A DNA stretch of 32,000 nt from Xanthomonas campestris pv. campestris str. ATCC 33913 (lineage in GTDB: Bacteria; Pseudomonadota; Gammaproteobacteria; Xanthomonadales; Xanthomonadaceae): positions 150,001 through 182,000 of the forward strand of contig NC_003902.1 of the NCBI RefSeq assembly GCF_000007145.1, written 5' to 3'. The notes beneath the pieces are model-generated. The model was not told the DNA's origin, searched no databases, and saw only the letters and a list, made by a program, of their open reading frames with translations. The translations under genes and the position numbers were made by a program. Shown here in pieces: positions 15,669-23,924 of this stretch; within the stretch, counting starts at the first letter, position 1; every line of letters starts with the position of its first letter.

Positions 15669-18600
15669 ATGGAAGTTCTGAAGCCCCTGCGGCTGCGTCG
15701 TTACGCTTGCGCATTGTTGCTAAGCACTGTCTGCGGAGTCTGTGCGCAGGAGGTCAAGCAAGAATGGACGGTTTCTGCCAAGCACCCAGAAATTCCGACG
15801 ACAACCGTTGGCGTTTTTGACAATCAACATCGTGCAATTGAGGCCATGGCGCAGATCGCTGGTCCTAGCGATGCAGAGTATGCGTATCGTTTAGCTACGC
15901 ACGTAAAAGAAACAAAAACGAACGAAGACCAGACAGTTACGCTCACATACTGGCTTGGTAACGATCAACCATCCGATCCCGAATGGACTTACTCTGCACT
16001 AGGTAGCTCCTACGCAACTGAGGTCGAGATGGCTGCAGGTATTGAGTCCTTCTACACTCAATTTAACGAATGTGGCAAGGTTTCTCTGAAGCCAGCAACC
16101 GAATGGACGCCATATTCGGCGGAATTCGAGGGTCGTATTGATTCAAAACGTTTTGATGTTATAGCGAACGTGCTTTATTACGATGGAACGTGCTTACCCG
16201 TAGAGCACACTGGGTTCGGTACTCGCCAGCGCAGGCTATTCTGTCCTTTATATACGACCTGGAACGATGATTATCAAGCCTGTGTAAATCTGGAAATATT
16301 TGCTTACTTGACCGGGCCTTCTTTAGAGGATACGTGTTCGGTTGGCAATCCGTGCGATGTAAAGACCGGTGAAAAATCACAACCTGAACAGGATTTCGAT
16401 CTTGGATGGATACGTCTCGTTCGAACGTTCCGGTCCTCGCAGGTTGGACGGCGATCGAACCTTGGGGCGGGCTGGTTCAACTCACATGAAATCAGTGTTT
16501 CTTCAAATGGCTCTCACGCAATACTTGCTGAAGGAAACGGGCTTCAACGTAATTTCGAATCGGTCGGAAATTCTTTTATTGCTTCTGATGGCTCTGGGGA
16601 TCGGCTTGAGAAAATAGCCAACGGGTGGAGACTTTTTAGGTCGGAAACGGTTTCGGAATTTGATGCTACAGGCGCGTTGGGCTTGGTGTCGAAGGACGAC
16701 GGTAGTTATCTTCGATACGCGTACGATCGATCCTCGAGGTTGGAATCGATTACGCACTCTACCGGACGCAAGTTGGTTTTTAACTACGCTGATGGCTCCC
16801 GTTATGCCCAGCTTATTCGAGTTGCGCTGGACGGAGTCGCGTTGGCTACTTACGCTTACTCTGACACTTTCCCGGACAGCGCGGTGCTGGAGAGCGTGAC
16901 CCATGCGGACGGCCGGGTCAGGTCGTATCTGTATGAAGACGAGGATTTTTACCGCTTCCTGACCGGTGTGGTCGCGGAGGATGGAATGCGCTACAGCACA
17001 TTCGCCTACAACGCTACGGGGCGTGTTGTGTCAAGCCAACATCACGATGGCGCAGACGGTGTGACGCTTGATTACACCGATGGCGCCACCGTTGTAACCG
17101 ACGCGTTGGGGGAACAGACGACATATACGTTGAGCCAGCGTTCCGCAGGTCCTAGAAAAATAGATGACGTCACCGACAGCGCAGGTACTCTCAGCAGCGA
17201 CTATCTGGACGCAAGTGTTGATTTTCGTCGGCGCTTGAGAGCTTCTACCGATCGTGCCGGGGTTATCACGCAACACGCCTATGCCGAACTTGCGGATGCT
17301 GGCGTGCCAGTCAATGTGCACACGGTCACCGAGGCGGCTGGTTTACCCAGTCAGCGAATCACAAGTACGCGCACCGCTGTCGACAGCAATCGATTGATGT
17401 CAGTTCAATCAAGTGACAAGCAAGTAGGCTATGTCCGAAATGCGCGACTGCAGCCGCAGCAAGTCATCACGACCGACGTCGCAAGTGGTCAGACCAGGGT
17501 TCTCAGTATGAACTACTGCGAGCCAGCCGATGTGGCTGCCGGTAGCGACTGTCCCGTACTTGGCTTACTGAAGTCCATCGATGGCCCGCGCACGGATATC
17601 GACGACCGTACGACCTACAACTACTACCCCATCGATGCCGCTGGGTGCCAGACCGGCACCGGACCGTGCCTGTACCGTAAGGGTGACCTCAAGCAAACTA
17701 TCAACGCCCGCGGCCAGATCCGGGAAAATCTGAGCTATGACGCAGCAGGCCGCGTTCTTTCTGCCGTTGATGAGAACCGGGTACTAACCGATTACAGCTA
17801 CCATCCGCGTGGTTGGTTGGCATCGACCACCGTGCATGGCGCGACTTCCGCGCAGAATCGCGTGACCACGTTCGAGTACTGGCCCACCGGCTTGGTCAAA
17901 CGCATCACCCAGCCCGATGGCAGCTACGCCACGTTTGTCTACGACCAGGCCCAACGCCTCACCGATGTCACCGATACGCTGGGCAATACCCTCCATTACG
18001 TGCTTGATAAGGCTGGCAATCGTCTGGAAGAGCAGACCAAGGACGCGCAGGGTGCGCTCAAGCGCAGTTTGAGCCGTATTTACAATCAATTGGGGCAACT
18101 GGAAACGCAGGCGGACGCAGCCGCAAATCCTACCGACTACGCCTACGATGCAAACGGCAACCTGCGCTTGATCACCGACGCATTCGGTCGTAGAACCCTG
18201 CAAGAGCACGACCCACTCGGTCGGCTTGCGCGCACGTTGCAGGATGTCGATGGCATCAAGGCCGAAACCAACGTGGGTTACGACACGCAGGATCGCCCGC
18301 TGCAGGTCAAGGACCCGAAACGTCTGGACACGCGCTACACGTACAACGGGTTAGGCGACATCCTGAAACTGACCAGCCCGGATACCGGCGCCACCAGTTA
18401 TACCTACGACAGCGCCGGTAACCGCGCCACGCAGACCGATGCGCGCGGCGTCATCTCCACCTATGGCTACGACGCGCTCAACCGGGTTTTGAGCATCAGC
18501 TACCCGACCGCCGCCTTCAATGTCAGCTATACCTATGACGTCACGCAGAACGTGTGCGCCAGCGGTGAGACGTTCACCGTCGGGCGCCTGGCCAAGCTCC

Positions 18601-20174
18601 AGGATGGCAGCGGTACCACCCAATACTGCTACAACCGCTTCGGCGAGGTGGTGCGCAAAGTGCAGACGGTCAACGGCAAGGTGTTGGTGCTGCGCTACGA
18701 CTACACAACCGGCGGCCGCCTGCGGTCGATGGTCTACCCGGACGGCACCACGGTCGACTACGTCCGCAACGCACAAGGGCAGACGACCGAAGTTGGGGTG
18801 ACTGCCTCGGCCGGCAGCCGCCAGCGTCTGCTGAGCGGAGCGACCTACTATCCGTTCGGCCCATCCGCCGGCTGGACCTACGGCAACGGCCGCAAGCTGG
18901 CGCGCACGTACGATCAAGACTACCGGCCGCAGAGCATCCAGGACACCCGCGCTGGAGGGCTGGAAATCGGCTTCGGCTTCAATTCCGTTGGCGACCTCAC
19001 TGCCCTGACCCCGGCCGGCAACCCAACACCAGACCTTCGTCTGAACTACGACGCGCTCGGTCGACTCACTGCGCTCAAGGATGGCACTACCGAGGCGGTG
19101 ATCGACGGCTATAGCTACGATGCCACCGGCAATCGTCTGAGTGCCAAGGTCGGCGCCGCCACGCAGGCCTACACTTATCCGACGACCAACCACCGTCTGA
19201 GCGCAGTCGCAGGCGTGGCACGCACCTACGACAAGATGGGCAACACCCTCACCATCGGCGGCAAGGCACGCGAATACCTGTACGACACCACCGGTCGCAT
19301 GACCCAGGTCAAGCGCGCAGGCGCCGCGGTCATGAATTACCGCTACAACGGCCGAGGCCAGCAGGTACGCCGCTATCTGGGCACCACCAACACCTATACG
19401 CTTTACGACGAGGCCGGCCACTGGCTCGGTGACTACGACACCAACGGCGCACCTAAGCAGCAAGCGATCTGGCTGGACGACCTGCCGGTTGGGCTGCTGG
19501 CAAACGGCGGTCAGTTGCACTACATCGAACCCGACCACCTCGGCAGCCCTCGCGTTGTCGTCGATGCCGCCCGCGACGTTGCCGTGTGGAGCTGGAGCCT
19601 GAAAGGCGAAGCCTTCGGTAATACCGCACCCAACCAGGATCCGGATGGGGATGGCATCGCAATGGTGTTCGACATGCGGTTCCCTGGGCAGCGCTTTGAT
19701 GCAGCGAGCGGATTCAATCAGAACTACTTTCGTGATTATGATGCCGCTACTGGTCGGTATGGGCAGAGTGATCCGATTGGGTTGGCGGGAGGAGTGTCTA
19801 CCTATGATTATTCAAATGCTAATCCCTTAACCACCTCTGACGTATTTGGCCTAACAGGAAATCCTTTGTCTGGCTACAATCCGGCTCTAGGTCCAATAAT
19901 TATTAAAACCCCTACCTCCAAAATAGGTTTTTTAGATAAATTATTTTCGTCATGGATTGTAGGGAAAGTCACGGGGGGTATAAGTACTGTTAATAAATAC
20001 GGGCAAATTGTGCCAAAGCCGACTACTTTTCTGGGTAGGGCGAATATCTTCGTATGGGCAATGTCTCCAACGGAAATGTCATGTTCTGAACTGGATTGCG
20101 GTAAAAATAGTTTACCTGATTATTTTGAAAGGCAGCATCCAATCGAGAGTTGCGAGTCTGGAAATGAATATTGA
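15669..20174 (+). CDS. rhs: Rhs/YD-repeat polymorphic toxin (1501 aa) with an N-terminal Sec-type signal peptide and a variable C-terminal toxin domain
   Basis: The signal is LRLRRYACALLLSTVCGVCAQE. Many YD repeats are present (YAYDRSSRL, YTYDSAGNR, YGYDALNRV, YAYDANGNL, YSYDATGNRL). The Rhs core end is FPGQRFDAASGFNQNYFRDYDAATGRYGQSDPIGLAGGVSTYDYSNANPLTTSDVFGL. An AT-rich 106-aa tail follows at 19854-20171. Confidence 0.93.
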   Translation: MEVLKPLRLRRYACALLLSTVCGVCAQEVKQEWTVSAKHPEIPTTTVGVFDNQHRAIEAMAQIAGPSDAEYAYRLATHVKETKTNEDQTVTLTYWLGNDQPSDPEWTYSALGSSYATEVEMAAGIESFYTQFNECGKVSLKPATEWTPYSAEFEGRIDSKRFDVIANVLYYDGTCLPVEHTGFGTRQRRLFCPLYTTWNDDYQACVNLEIFAYLTGPSLEDTCSVGNPCDVKTGEKSQPEQDFDLGWIRLVRTFRSSQVGRRSNLGAGWFNSHEISVSSNGSHAILAEGNGLQRNFESVGNSFIASDGSGDRLEKIANGWRLFRSETVSEFDATGALGLVSKDDGSYLRYAYDRSSRLESITHSTGRKLVFNYADGSRYAQLIRVALDGVALATYAYSDTFPDSAVLESVTHADGRVRSYLYEDEDFYRFLTGVVAEDGMRYSTFAYNATGRVVSSQHHDGADGVTLDYTDGATVVTDALGEQTTYTLSQRSAGPRKIDDVTDSAGTLSSDYLDASVDFRRRLRASTDRAGVITQHAYAELADAGVPVNVHTVTEAAGLPSQRITSTRTAVDSNRLMSVQSSDKQVGYVRNARLQPQQVITTDVASGQTRVLSMNYCEPADVAAGSDCPVLGLLKSIDGPRTDIDDRTTYNYYPIDAAGCQTGTGPCLYRKGDLKQTINARGQIRENLSYDAAGRVLSAVDENRVLTDYSYHPRGWLASTTVHGATSAQNRVTTFEYWPTGLVKRITQPDGSYATFVYDQAQRLTDVTDTLGNTLHYVLDKAGNRLEEQTKDAQGALKRSLSRIYNQLGQLETQADAAANPTDYAYDANGNLRLITDAFGRRTLQEHDPLGRLARTLQDVDGIKAETNVGYDTQDRPLQVKDPKRLDTRYTYNGLGDILKLTSPDTGATSYTYDSAGNRATQTDARGVISTYGYDALNRVLSISYPTAAFNVSYTYDVTQNVCASGETFTVGRLAKLQDGSGTTQYCYNRFGEVVRKVQTVNGKVLVLRYDYTTGGRLRSMVYPDGTTVDYVRNAQGQTTEVGVTASAGSRQRLLSGATYYPFGPSAGWTYGNGRKLARTYDQDYRPQSIQDTRAGGLEIGFGFNSVGDLTALTPAGNPTPDLRLNYDALGRLTALKDGTTEAVIDGYSYDATGNRLSAKVGAATQAYTYPTTNHRLSAVAGVARTYDKMGNTLTIGGKAREYLYDTTGRMTQVKRAGAAVMNYRYNGRGQQVRRYLGTTNTYTLYDEAGHWLGDYDTNGAPKQQAIWLDDLPVGLLANGGQLHYIEPDHLGSPRVVVDAARDVAVWSWSLKGEAFGNTAPNQDPDGDGIAMVFDMRFPGQRFDAASGFNQNYFRDYDAATGRYGQSDPIGLAGGVSTYDYSNANPLTTSDVFGLTGNPLSGYNPALGPIIIKTPTSKIGFLDKLFSSWIVGKVTGGISTVNKYGQIVPKPTTFLGRANIFVWAMSPTEMSCSELDCGKNSLPDYFERQHPIESCESGNEY
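18856..19781 (+). repeat. Main-gene copy of the rhs core-end repeat (partners at 20377-21300 and, partially, 22128-22377)
   Basis: Direct nucleotide comparison by eye. The 3' 600 bp has only scattered mismatches; the 5' about 350 bp is more diverged. No identity was computed. Confidence 0.9.
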
Positions 20175-20349
20175 GAGCAAGCGAAAAATCGCAGTCGTAA
20201 TCTACTCCTTGCTACTTTTCCTGGGGGTTGTTGGAGCATGGGGTGCTTTTAATGGGCCGAGCTGGTGGACCTTGCCTCTTGCGCTAATCTGGCTGTGGAT
20301 AGCTAATTTTTTGACTAAGTGTGTTGTCGCTATTATTCCAGGGGATTAA
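20164..20349 (+). CDS. Candidate Rhs immunity protein (61 aa, 2 TM)
   Basis: The ATG at 20164 overlaps the rhs stop by 11 nt. Sequence is MNIESKRKIAVVIYSLLLFLGVVGAWGAFNGPSWWTLPLALIWLWIANFLTKCVVAIIPGD. It is AT-rich like the toxin tail, and position is the only functional evidence. Confidence 0.6.
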   Translation: MNIESKRKIAVVIYSLLLFLGVVGAWGAFNGPSWWTLPLALIWLWIANFLTKCVVAIIPGD

Positions 20350-20479
20350 AAGTTTGAATATGCTGACTTGTCGCATTCAGCCCATCCTCCAGGTGGACCT
20401 ACGGCAACGGCCGCAAACTGGCGCGTATGTACGATCTTGACTACCACCGCGCATCATCCAAGACACCCGCGCAGGCGGC

Positions 20480-21730
20480 TTGGAAATCGGCTTCGGCTTC
20501 GATGCTGTTGGCGACCTCACCGCTCTGACCCCGGCCGGCAACCCGACACCGGAGTTGCGACTGGATTACGACGCCCTCGGTCGGCTCACAGCGCTGAAAG
20601 ACGGCGCCGCCAATACCGTGATTGGCGGCTACAGCTACGATGTCACCGGCAATCGCCTGAGTGCCAAGGTCGGTGGCGTCATGCAGACCTACACATATCC
20701 AACCACCAACCATCGTCTGAGTGCGGTGGCAGGCGTGGCGCGCACCTATGACAAGATGGGCAACACCCTCACCATCGGCGGCAAGGCACGCGAATACCTG
20801 TACGACACCACCGGTCGCATGACCCAGGTCAAGCGCGCAGGCGCCGCGGTCATGAAATACCGCTACAACGGCCGAGGCGAGCAGGTACGCCGCTATCTGG
20901 GCACCACCAACACCTATACGCTTTACGACGAGGCCGGCCACTGGCTCGGTGACTACGACACCAACGGCGCACCCAAGCAGCAAGCAATCTGGCTGGATGA
21001 CCTGCCGGTAGGCCTGCTGGCCAACGGCGGTCAACTGCACTACATCGAACCCGACCACCTCGGCAGCCCTCGCGTTGTCGTCGATGCCGCCCGCGACGTT
21101 GCCGTGTGGAGCTGGAGCCTGAAAGGCGAAGCCTTTGGCAACACTGCGCCCAACCAGGATCCGGATGGGGATGGCACCGCGATGGTGTTCGACATGCGGT
21201 TCCCAGGGCAGCGCTTTGACGCAGCGAGCGGATTCAATCAGAACTACTTCCGGGATTACGATGCGGCGACTGGTCGGTATGGGCAGAGTGATCCGATTGG
21301 CTTAAGAGCAGGAATTGGTACATACGTTTATGTTGAAGGAAGCCCAGTTAGCCACGTAGATCCTTCCGGTCTATGTGAAGACAAACCAAAAGAAGACTGT
21401 CTTGATGCTGCTTTAAGTACCTACTCTATGGAAGAGTCAGTTAATTCGATTGTGGGATTTGGCGCCGGTTCCGCAATCTTTGGTGGGTCGGCGCAAGTAG
21501 TCAATAAATCAGCAATTAAGCCTCGCGGTGGTGTAGCAGGTGGAGGTCCCAGCGGGCGTTACACGAGCTACTCCAGACGTTACCTGGGAAATGGAGTTGG
21601 GAGAACCATTGGTAGACTCGGAATAGGAACAGTGATTAAGAGGGCAGGTATTATCGGGGCAGGGATTGGTGCAATAACAGAGCACGTTGAAGCGCTGAAT
21701 GCTTTTATAAAATGTCGAGGTGCTCAGTGA
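20480..21730 (+). CDS. Orphan rhs core-end plus alternative C-terminal toxin (416-aa ORF with no obvious native start)
   Basis: Nucleotide homology to the main rhs runs 20377-21300, matching 18856-19781. The ORF opens only at TTG 20480, where the main gene has CTG (Leu). The canonical end is GSPVSHVDPSGL. A different 118-aa Gly-rich tail follows at 21374-21727. Confidence 0.65.
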   Translation: MEIGFGFDAVGDLTALTPAGNPTPELRLDYDALGRLTALKDGAANTVIGGYSYDVTGNRLSAKVGGVMQTYTYPTTNHRLSAVAGVARTYDKMGNTLTIGGKAREYLYDTTGRMTQVKRAGAAVMKYRYNGRGEQVRRYLGTTNTYTLYDEAGHWLGDYDTNGAPKQQAIWLDDLPVGLLANGGQLHYIEPDHLGSPRVVVDAARDVAVWSWSLKGEAFGNTAPNQDPDGDGTAMVFDMRFPGQRFDAASGFNQNYFRDYDAATGRYGQSDPIGLRAGIGTYVYVEGSPVSHVDPSGLCEDKPKEDCLDAALSTYSMEESVNSIVGFGAGSAIFGGSAQVVNKSAIKPRGGVAGGGPSGRYTSYSRRYLGNGVGRTIGRLGIGTVIKRAGIIGAGIGAITEHVEALNAFIKCRGAQ

Positions 21731-22089
21731 TCGACCATGCTGCTAGAAATATCGGAGTTGAACTCCTGCTTAAGCTGGATGAACATCGATTGTCTTCGGA
21801 TGAATTTGAGGGTAATTGGCCAAAAAAAACTGACGATAATGCGGTTAAGTCAATCGGCTACTGGGTGTGGACTTTGTTTGACGATGAGCATGATTGCATC
21901 ATTGAGATAAAAGAAAATTCAGAAGAAAAATTAATTTTGAGAAATTCAATTGAATTTTTAAATTCAGATCAAATTTTACATTTAAAGATGCTTGGCCGGT
22001 ATGAAAAGATTAAAACAATATTCTCAGAGGGTACGGAATGGCTAGGGTGTGAATTGCCTTGGCATAAGAAGTGGCCTTTCCCTGAGTAG
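21712..22089 (+). CDS. Candidate immunity protein for the orphan toxin (125 aa)
   Basis: The ATG at 21712 overlaps the orphan toxin stop by 19 nt. It is very AT-rich and acidic with no TM segment. The call rests on position only. Confidence 0.55.
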   Translation: MSRCSVIDHAARNIGVELLLKLDEHRLSSDEFEGNWPKKTDDNAVKSIGYWVWTLFDDEHDCIIEIKENSEEKLILRNSIEFLNSDQILHLKMLGRYEKIKTIFSEGTEWLGCELPWHKKWPFPE

Positions 22090-22127
22090 ATAATCCATGC
22101 AGAACTGTGTAGGGGCCTTAAGAGGAT

Positions 22128-22377
22128 GAATTGGCTTCGGTCCGGTCGGTACCTCATTGCCCCAACCCCGGCCGCCAACCCAACATCAGAACGTTGTTTG
22201 GACTACGACACGCTCGGCCGACTCACTGCGCTCAAGGATGGGACTACCGAGACGGTGATCGACGGCTATAGCTACGATGCCACCGGTAATCGCCTGAGTG
22301 CCAAGGTCGCCGCCGCCACGCAAGCTTATACATACCCAAACACCAACCACCGCCCAAGCGCAGTCGCAGGCGTGGCC
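22128..22377 (+). pseudogene. Third rhs core fragment (about 250 bp), truncated on both sides
   Basis: It aligns with main rhs 18964-19218 (...LDYDTLGRLTALKDGTTETVIDGYSYDATGNRLSAKV...NHRPSAVAGVA). Homology stops at 22377, 7 nt before the IS end at 22385. Confidence 0.8.
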
Positions 22378-22384
22378 CAAGAAC

Positions 22385-22473
22385 GGGGTCAGGTTACGGT
22401 GCGCTCATGTTGCGGTGATCCAGTGCCACGAAGACCGGCGCATCCAGCAGCAAATCAGTGTGTCGGTGAAGCT
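22385..22473 (-). mobile_element. Solo terminal remnant of an IS4-family element related to the one at 13998-15391
   Basis: It starts with the same 11-mer GGGGTCAGGTT as the right end of the intact IS, but inverted. The - strand reads ...LLLDAPVFVALDHRNMSAP* with its stop just inside the end. This mirrors the intact element (...ALPAAVREQMTLTV* near its end). Confidence 0.5.
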
Positions 22474-23145
22474 TCACTTATCCCGCCGATACACCCCATT
22501 AAAACTCACACTCGCGCCGCCGCATTGCAGGTTGTCTGCAACGATCAATAAGTCGCCAAGCAGCTGCAGACGTACCGTGCAGTCATCCTCTCGTACTTCC
22601 AGACGGTTGCCCTCCGCAAAGCTGCGTGCGGTGACCGCGCCGAAGTGTGGGCCGCCGGGCACCTGCTCCGGGCTGGGATTGGCGCTGGGCCAGTAGGCGT
22701 CGCCATTGACGGTGATGCTGCCGTCGCCATTGGCGGTCAGCTGTAGCGTGTTGTCGCCGTTATGCCAGTGGGCGTTCCACGCACTTGCGGGTGGCGTGGC
22801 GGTGCTGGCGATGGGCTGCAGGCTGCGCTCGGCGACCCAGCCGGCACTGACGCCCACCTTGTTGGGATAGGACGCGCAGGCGTAGCCGCCACGGTGCTGG
22901 GCCAACACCACCACGTCGCCCTTGACCACGTAGCTGCGCTGCCGGCAGGCTACCTCGCCCTTGCTGGGGCAGCCGTCGCTGTCGTTGAGCAGATACAGGC
23001 GGGGTATTTCGACGCGCGCCAGCGTAAATCCTGACGGGCTATTGGTGAATGACCCGTTGCGGCAGTCGGCCGCTTCGTCATCGTGTGGCGCGGCATGCGC
23101 CATGGCTGACACCGACAACAGGAACAGCAAGCAGGCCTTGTGCAT
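22474..23145 (-). CDS. Secreted/periplasmic hypothetical protein (about 223 aa)
   Basis: ggag RBS 8 nt before the ATG at 23145. The signal peptide is MHKACLLFLLSVSAMAHA. High GC3. No family was recognised. Confidence 0.7.
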   Translation of the reverse strand: MHKACLLFLLSVSAMAHAAPHDDEAADCRNGSFTNSPSGFTLARVEIPRLYLLNDSDGCPSKGEVACRQRSYVVKGDVVVLAQHRGGYACASYPNKVGVSAGWVAERSLQPIASTATPPASAWNAHWHNGDNTLQLTANGDGSITVNGDAYWPSANPSPEQVPGGPHFGAVTARSFAEGNRLEVREDDCTVRLQLLGDLLIVADNLQCGGASVSFNGVYRRDK

Positions 23146-23330
23146 CTCGATCACTCCACGGGCAAGGCACTAGTGTGGCCTAACGTGGCGTGCGTTGTGC
23201 ATCAGCGCGCATGACGTGAACCGGTGTCTTCTTCGGCCACGATGGGCGCCATGCGCGCGTGCGTTGCCGGAGGACAGCTGGGTTATCGCATGCAGTCACC
23301 GCTACCCAGTGCAGCTCAGACTAGGGCAGC

Positions 23331-23663
23331 TCAGATCGGCAACGCGCTCGACTTGCGGCGCAGGTAGTTGGTGATGGCGCGCCGCGTGGATTTGCCGCGC
23401 CACGAGGCCCAGCACAGGTGCGAGCCCACGGCGATCTGGCCGCCGCGATGTCCCAGCCCGAACCAGGTGCGGTCCGGATGGAAGGCGTCGCGTGCAGGAC
23501 AGTGGATGCCTTGAAAACCGCACTCGCGTGAGAGGTAGAAGTTGGTGAGCCCCCTGGGCCCGGACACCATCGGAATCTGCCGGTGATCGGTCAGGCGCTC
23601 CGGCAGGTGCGCCACGAAGATGTGTTCGATCAGCGATGCCCAGAATGGGTGGCCGGCCGCCAC
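23331..23663 (-). CDS. Hypothetical protein (about 110 aa), start uncertain
   Basis: High GC3 ORF opening with GTG at 23663. No convincing RBS and no recognised motif. Confidence 0.4.
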
Positions 23664-23924
23664 CGTCGCGCTTGTTTGTTTTTCGTCAATACGACCGACA
23701 CACGGTATTCGCAGGCGGAGTGTTTAGGTGTAGGGGTCAAGAATCGTTGCGGAGTTGCGCATGAGTGCAGTCACGGTAGGCATGATCGGCCAGGGGCCGG
23801 TTTCGGCGGGAGTGGGCCTGGTGCGTCCAGGGCGGGTCGTTGCAGGCGCCAAGCGCTGCGCAGGCCAGGTCGTTCCCTGCAACGCGGTGCGTTCGCGCAC
23901 CGCTGCCTGCTGAAGGGGCGCGCC

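Noticed and set aside
15669-20174. Calling the Rhs protein a T6SS effector
   Set aside because: No PAAR domain, VgrG, chaperone or other T6SS gene is in the window, and the protein starts with a Sec-type signal peptide. The secretion route is left open.
22126-22551. 141-aa + strand ORF
   Set aside because: It is a chimera. An rhs core fragment lacking a native start reads through the IS remnant and into the antisense of the 22474-23145 gene.
23309-23333. 10-bp direct repeat GCAGCTCAGA x2 spanning the stop codon of the 23331-23663 ORF (first copy just downstream, second copy overlapping the stop)
   Set aside because: It is short, isolated and has no associated structure or ORF effect. It is probably chance or a minor slippage duplication.
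23583-23924. N-terminal 114 codons of the 1152-aa ORF as part of GlgE
   Set aside because: This stretch overlaps the divergent - strand ORF (23331-23663) and the intergenic region. It is Arg/Gly/Cys-rich junk-like sequence, whereas the ATG at 23925 has an upstream purine-rich RBS.
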